From the NCBI GenBank assembly GCA_045639145.1, contig JAZUCQ010000007.1, forward strand, positions 1 to 53,170: a stretch of DNA of 53,170 bases, given 5' to 3'. The position numbers were made by a program, and so were the translations under genes. This document shows positions 48,874-53,170 of this stretch, in pieces. A model generated the notes under the pieces. It searched no databases. It saw only the letters and a list, made by a program, of their open reading frames with translations, and was not told the origin of the DNA. How positions within the stretch are numbered: position 1 is the stretch's first letter; each line of letters opens with the position of its first letter. Origin of the DNA: Clostridia bacterium (GTDB lineage Bacteria; Bacillota; Clostridia; Monoglobales; Monoglobaceae).

Positions 48874-50292
48874 TTATTTAAACTCGATTCCGACATAATC
48901 GCATATTCCCTTTGCTATACCCTCAGCAAAGTCCTCGCGGGAGCTTTCGCTTGCGAGATAAACAGAATCGTTTGCGCTGTCGATAAAACCTGTTTCGACA
49001 AGTATCGCTGTCATGTTGGTGTTTCTGAGCACCGCATACCGTGCGGATTTCACGCCTCGGTCACGCAGACCTACCGCGTCAATTATTCCATCCTGCACAA
49101 ATCCTGCAAACACCTTACCGTCGGGCGAGCCCGTACAGTAGTATGTCTCGGTTCCCGTACCGCCGCCTGCGTTACAATGTATCGAAACAAACAAATCCGC
49201 TCCGGCCTTGTTTGCAATCTCTGCTCTGCGCGCAAGGCTTGCACTTACTGATTCATCAGAAACATTCTCTTTAAGAGAATTTCTTGTCATTATCACCTGG
49301 AACCCGTTGCGTTCAAGCACCGGTTTGAGTTTTTCTGCAATATAATAGGTTATATCCTGCTCACGCAGTCCGTTGCCCGTAGCACCCGTATCAACACCGC
49401 TGTAATTGTGCCCTGCATCAATCACGACAAGCATACCGTCGGACGAGCCTCTCGGAACATATACATACTCCTCCTCAGGCTCTGTCGGAACAGTATACTT
49501 TCCGTCATTCTGCTCCTCTTTTACATATTCCTCGTAATCCTCACCGTAATACTGATAATATTTGCGGACAGACTCCTCATCATCAGGTTCCCATATTTCC
49601 TCGGGATCATATGTAACAGTTACATCCTCAGCCTCAGGTGTAGGTCTGCCGCTGTTGTTACCGCCTACATCTACTGCATCACTTGCGGTTTTATCCTCAC
49701 CCTTTATAAGCATAGAATTATAAACAACCTGAGCCACAAAAGCACGGTTAGCAGGCTTTGAAATCTGTAAATCGGCACCGTCCAAAAGATTATGCTTTCT
49801 TGCAACATTTATGTACCCCGAATACCACTTGGGTCCAACCTTGGAAAGAGATTCATCGCCGACACCCGACGCACATACAACCATTTTAACCGCCTGTTCG
49901 CATGTGACATTATCATTGGGTGCAAAGTTATTTGCATCCATACCGTTTACATATCCGTTCTCGTAACAGAAGGAAATATAGCCCTCAGCCCAGTTACCGC
50001 TTTTTACATCACGGAAGGGCATACTGCTGCTTTTGTAGTATGCTTCGTTATAGCCGTTTGCTCTGGATAAAAACGCACAAAACTCTGCGCGTGTAGTATT
50101 GTCGGCAGGTGCAAAAACACCGTCGCCGCGTCCCTGTATAACACCATCATTGCTAAGCTTATCTACAGCCTTATAATAGGAAGCCGTGATTGGAACATCA
50201 GAAAAATCCATACCAAAAACTGTACACGGAACAGCCGTAAATGTAAGAACACACACGATGCAAAGGACTGCCGCTATAATATGCTTCTGCAT
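48874..50292 (-). CDS. SLH-anchored N-acetylmuramoyl-L-alanine amidase (Amidase_3)
   Basis: It has a signal peptide, SLH repeats, and a C-terminal MurNAc-LAA domain (VIDAGH...SIHCNA...VLVETGF). The start is the ATG at 50292 after GAGGTGGAG. Confidence 0.85.
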   Translation of the reverse strand: MQKHIIAAVLCIVCVLTFTAVPCTVFGMDFSDVPITASYYKAVDKLSNDGVIQGRGDGVFAPADNTTRAEFCAFLSRANGYNEAYYKSSSMPFRDVKSGNWAEGYISFCYENGYVNGMDANNFAPNDNVTCEQAVKMVVCASGVGDESLSKVGPKWYSGYINVARKHNLLDGADLQISKPANRAFVAQVVYNSMLIKGEDKTASDAVDVGGNNSGRPTPEAEDVTVTYDPEEIWEPDDEESVRKYYQYYGEDYEEYVKEEQNDGKYTVPTEPEEEYVYVPRGSSDGMLVVIDAGHNYSGVDTGATGNGLREQDITYYIAEKLKPVLERNGFQVIMTRNSLKENVSDESVSASLARRAEIANKAGADLFVSIHCNAGGGTGTETYYCTGSPDGKVFAGFVQDGIIDAVGLRDRGVKSARYAVLRNTNMTAILVETGFIDSANDSVYLASESSREDFAEGIAKGICDYVGIEFK

Positions 50293-50350
50293 TGTCTCCA
50301 CCTCAAATTCAGTAGTTAGTACTCGGCACACATGTCCCGAGAATACACTT

Positions 50351-50379
50351 AGTATAGCATATTTGAAGCGAAAAATCAA
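50351..50379 (-). promoter_or_regulatory. Promoter of the amidase-U32 transcription unit
   Basis: On the minus strand: TTGATT, a 17-nt spacer, then TATACT. Confidence 0.5.
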
Positions 50380-50615
50380 GCCATTTCGTCATTTTTTCAT
50401 ATTTAAGACGGCTTATTTGTGGTTTTTTGTTACTTGTGCACATATTTTCACATTCTGTAACATTTTTGTAATATTTTTACTTTTTTGGTTTATGGTGTAG
50501 GCTTAATTATTGTCAAACCCTAAATATTGTGGTATTTAATTTTTAAATCATAAAATATATTAAACCGCCAACCGCTGTAACCCAATATTTTTATGCTGAT
50601 TTTTTGTGCATTTTT

Positions 50616-51302
50616 TCAGGCTCTCTGCATAAAGAGCATCATAACCTTTATCGAATTTGCCGCCGCCATCTCCGCAAACTCTGGAAATGACATATGTGAC
50701 TCGTCATCGCCGCCGTCGGATATCGCACGGAGTATCCCGAACGGAACACCATTTCTTACACACACCTGACCGATTGCTCCGCCTTCCATCTCACAAACCG
50801 CGGCATTAAACTGCTCTATAAGCCATTGCTTTTTATCATTTGAATTGATGAATTGGTCGCCCGTTGCCACTATTCCGCGGCGGCAGTCAACACCGCATTC
50901 CTCAATGCACTCGACAAGCATATCCGTAATTTTGGTGTCGCACAACATATCAACACCGTCTATCCCGCAAATATAGCCGACCTCATGTCCGAGCGGCGAC
51001 ATATCCATATCGTGCTGAACAACCGCGGTTGCCGCAACCACATCGCCTATTTTAAGTCCCTCGGAAAGTCCGCCGCCGACCCCTGTGTTGATAATCATAT
51101 CAGGTTTATATTCCATAATCATTGCCTGCGTACACATTGCAGCATTAACCTTACCCTCGCCGCAAACGGCAACAACAGCTTTCTTTCCGCAAAGTATTCC
51201 GCTTGTAAACGCTGTGCCTGCGATAGTCTTTTCGCTCTTTTCGGTCATTATTTTTTTGAGCCCCTCAACCTCAACAGTCATCGCACCTATAATTCCTATC
51301 AT
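50616..51302 (-). CDS. mtnN: 5'-methylthioadenosine/S-adenosylhomocysteine nucleosidase
   Basis: 228 aa starting MIGIIGAM.VE, with a PNP_UDP_1 fold and the EMEGAA-like motif CEMEGGAIG. Confidence 0.92.
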   Translation of the reverse strand: MIGIIGAMTVEVEGLKKIMTEKSEKTIAGTAFTSGILCGKKAVVAVCGEGKVNAAMCTQAMIMEYKPDMIINTGVGGGLSEGLKIGDVVAATAVVQHDMDMSPLGHEVGYICGIDGVDMLCDTKITDMLVECIEECGVDCRRGIVATGDQFINSNDKKQWLIEQFNAAVCEMEGGAIGQVCVRNGVPFGILRAISDGGDDESHMSFPEFAEMAAANSIKVMMLFMQRA

Positions 51303-51399
51303 AAAAAGTCTCCTTAAAATAATTTTAAAATTATTTTACCGCATTTGAAAGCGACTGTCAATAAAATATAACCGTTTCGCGTTATTATATCATTTTTAC

Positions 51400-51529
51400 G
51401 GTTCGTCGCAGAAGCCGAACCCTACATCTTTTGCAAATTATGCGTATACCCCGTCTGCCGTGGGTACAAACCTTGTGTTTCGGGGCATTCGTGAATGCCC
51501 CCTACAATTTTGCTTTAATTATCCCGTAG
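51400..51529. repeat. Cluster of REP-like units of the same GTAG-plus-hairpin type as in the RAYT-like gene
   Basis: There are three minus-oriented units. 51400-51425 reads GTAG-GGTTCG-GCTTCTGCGA-CGAACC as reverse complement. 51447-51466 is a variant. 51482-51505 reads GTAG-GGGGCA-TTCACGAA-TGCCCC as reverse complement. A truncated plus-oriented unit begins with GTAG at 51526. Confidence 0.6.
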
Positions 51530-51691
51530 GGGCGGCTTCTCACCTGTTAATTTGATAGTCGAAAGCTTCTCCTCCCTCTCGCAGGAATTTATATATTCCT
51601 CCTCAGCCTCAATTTGAATGTTTTTTAAATCTTCTATGGTGTCTGTAATAGCATTGAACAGTTTGTGGTACAGTTTTTGGTAATCAGGCAT
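51515..51691 (-). CDS. 58-aa paralog of the 41220-41393 protein (MPDYQKLYHKLFNAITDTIEDLKNIQIEAEEEYINSCE...)
   Basis: The first 38 codons are about 90% identical in nucleotides to unit 1. There are 7 synonymous changes and only one amino-acid change (C9H). The 3' tail is different and runs into a REP-like unit. Confidence 0.7.
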   Translation of the reverse strand: MPDYQKLYHKLFNAITDTIEDLKNIQIEAEEEYINSCEREEKLSTIKLTGEKPPLRDN

Positions 51692-51904
51692 AAAAATCTC
51701 TCCTAAACAAAAATGCGCAGCCCCATTGCAGAGCCGCGCACGAAAAACGCACAAGCTCCGACGATAAGGCTGCTACACTCTTATATAACTCGCATATACA
51801 TCACGAAGTCCGCCAGAGAGTACGCTTTTACCATATTAGCGTACCTCCGTGATGTAAAATTATGCAAAAATATACATTTAACCTATTTTAATTAAGAGTG
51901 TAGC
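51692..51904 (-). promoter_or_regulatory. Structured 5' leader of small-ORF unit 2, with an intrinsic terminator (51705-51740) just before the RBS
   Basis: On the minus strand, the outer stem is GCTACACTCTTA/TAAGAGTGTAGC and the inner stem is ACATCACG/CGTGATGT. The terminator is TGCGCGGC...GCTGCGCA plus TTTTTGTTT. Confidence 0.5.
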
Positions 51905-51910
51905 ATACTT

Positions 51911-51939
51911 ATTGTATCACATGCACCACAAACTGTCAA
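51911..51939 (-). promoter_or_regulatory. Consensus sigma-A promoter of small-ORF unit 2
   Basis: On the minus strand: TTGACA, a 17-nt spacer, then TGA-TACAAT. Confidence 0.7.
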
Positions 51940-51951
51940 CAAAAACAAGAC

Positions 51952-51980
51952 AACAAAAACGGCAGCCGATTGGCTGCCGT
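51952..51980 (-). terminator. ppdK terminator
   Basis: On the minus strand: CGGCAGCC-AATC-GGCTGCCG followed by TTTTTGTTG. Confidence 0.8.
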
Positions 51981-51994
51981 TTGATTTAATCTTA

Positions 51995-53170
51995 TTAGTT
52001 ATTGATAGCCGCCTGTGCCGCTGCAAGTCTTGCAATCGGAACACGGAAGGGTGAACAGGACACATAGTCAAGTCCAATCTTGTGGCAGAACTCAACAGAT
52101 ACGGGGTCACCGCCGTGCTCGCCGCAGATACCTACATGGAGCTTTGAGTTAACGGGCTTACCGAGGTCGATAGCCATTTCCATAAGCTTACCAACACCTG
52201 TCTGGTCAAGCTTTGCAAACGGGTCATTCTCAAAAATCTTTGCATCATAGTAAGCATCAAGGAACTTACCTGCATCGTCTCTTGAGAAACCGTATGTCAT
52301 CTGTGTGAGGTCGTTTGTACCGAAGCAGAAGAACTCAGCTTCCTTTGCGATTTCGTCTGCAGTGAGACAAGCTCTGGGGATTTCCATCATAGTACCAACC
52401 TCGTACTCAAGCTCAACACCTGCAGCAGCGATTTCTGCATCAGCAGTTTCTACAACAAAGTTCTTAACAAACTTGAACTCTTTAAGGTCTCCGGGAAGCG
52501 GAATCATAATCTCGGGAACAAGGTTCCAATCGGGATGAGCCTTCTTAATATTGATAGCCGCACGGATAACAGCCTTTGTCTGCATCTTTGCAATCTCAGG
52601 ATATGTTACTGCAAGACGGCAGCCACGGTGTCCCATCATGGGGTTGAACTCGTGGAGTGATGTGATGATAGCCTTGATATCCTCAACGCTCTTGCCCTGA
52701 GCCTTAGCGAGTGCTTCGATATCAGCTTCCTCTGTGGGAACAAACTCATGGAGAGGCGGGTCTAAGAAACGAATGGTAACGGGGTTACCCTCAAGAGCCT
52801 CATAGAGCTGTTCAAAGTCGCCCTGCTGATAAGGAAGAATCTTATCAAGAGCAGCTTCTCTCTCCTCAACTGTATCAGAACAAATCATCTCACGGAATGC
52901 AGCAATTCTGTCTGCCTCAAAGAACATGTGCTCTGTACGGCAGAGACCGATACCCTCAGCACCAAGCTCGCGAGCCTTCTTAGCGTCAGCAGGAGTGTCT
53001 GCGTTTGTACGAACCTTAAGGGTTCTGAACTCGTCTGCCCAACCCATGATGATGCCGAAGTTGCCGGAGATCTCTGCATCAACGGTAGGAATGATACCGT
53101 CGTAGATATTACCGGTAGAGCCATCGATAGAAATATAGTCGCAAGTCGGATCGTAGCCATGTCGTTCTGT
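51995..53170 (-). CDS. ppdK: Pyruvate, phosphate dikinase, C-terminal about 390 aa (partial; the gene continues past the window end)
   Basis: It has the phospho-His region (LCRTEHMFF) and a PEP-utilising TIM-barrel C-terminus (FSFGTNDLTQ-like FCFGTNDLTQ, CGEHGGDP). The reading frame stays open to position 53170. Confidence 0.93.
   Translation of the reverse strand, partial: TERHGYDPTCDYISIDGSTGNIYDGIIPTVDAEISGNFGIIMGWADEFRTLKVRTNADTPADAKKARELGAEGIGLCRTEHMFFEADRIAAFREMICSDTVEEREAALDKILPYQQGDFEQLYEALEGNPVTIRFLDPPLHEFVPTEEADIEALAKAQGKSVEDIKAIITSLHEFNPMMGHRGCRLAVTYPEIAKMQTKAVIRAAINIKKAHPDWNLVPEIMIPLPGDLKEFKFVKNFVVETADAEIAAAGVELEYEVGTMMEIPRACLTADEIAKEAEFFCFGTNDLTQMTYGFSRDDAGKFLDAYYDAKIFENDPFAKLDQTGVGKLMEMAIDLGKPVNSKLHVGICGEHGGDPVSVEFCHKIGLDYVSCSPFRVPIARLAAAQAAINN

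Overview
This window is a chromosomal segment of an anaerobic, probably spore-forming Firmicute of the class Clostridia. The taxonomic call rests on gene content: SLH-anchored wall proteins, ctsR-mcsA-mcsB-clpC, remA, perR-rubrerythrin, fhs and ppdK. About 85% of the window is ordinary core genome: fhs, mnmG, two tRNAs, def-priA, rpoZ-gmk-remA-yicC, nth, glyA-rarA, dnaA followed by mnmE and dnaD-like and dnaC-like genes, cysK, the class III heat-shock operon, a complete pstSCAB-phoU-phoPR cluster, rpiB, a phosphosugar mutase, tatD, an S-layer/amidase cluster, mtnN and a partial ppdK. I found no CRISPR array, no rRNA, no integrase and no recognisable defence system.

The parts that ordinary annotation does not explain are these:
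1. A 5.6-kb phage-derived cassette at 22.4-28.0 kb holds a LexA-like repressor, a sigma-like regulator, a TerS remnant, TerL, a fibre-like protein and a portal. It has no capsid, tail, lysis or integrase genes.
2. Two inverted paralogous units sit about 10 kb apart. Each is a consensus promoter, a structured leader of about 200 nt ending in an intrinsic terminator, and a 57/58-aa ORF.
3. Two tandem 42-aa cysteine-rich membrane peptides on the minus strand at the left edge are absent from the ORF track.
4. A truncated RAYT-like HUH transposase carries an embedded inverted pair of GTAG-flanked hairpins. Units of the same type lie at 51.4-51.5 kb.
5. Several dense arrays of short hairpins with unrelated sequences lie at 5.67-5.84 kb, 14.34-14.53 kb and 29.70-29.78 kb.

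All functional calls come from reading the translated ORFs and motifs by eye. No database search was run.
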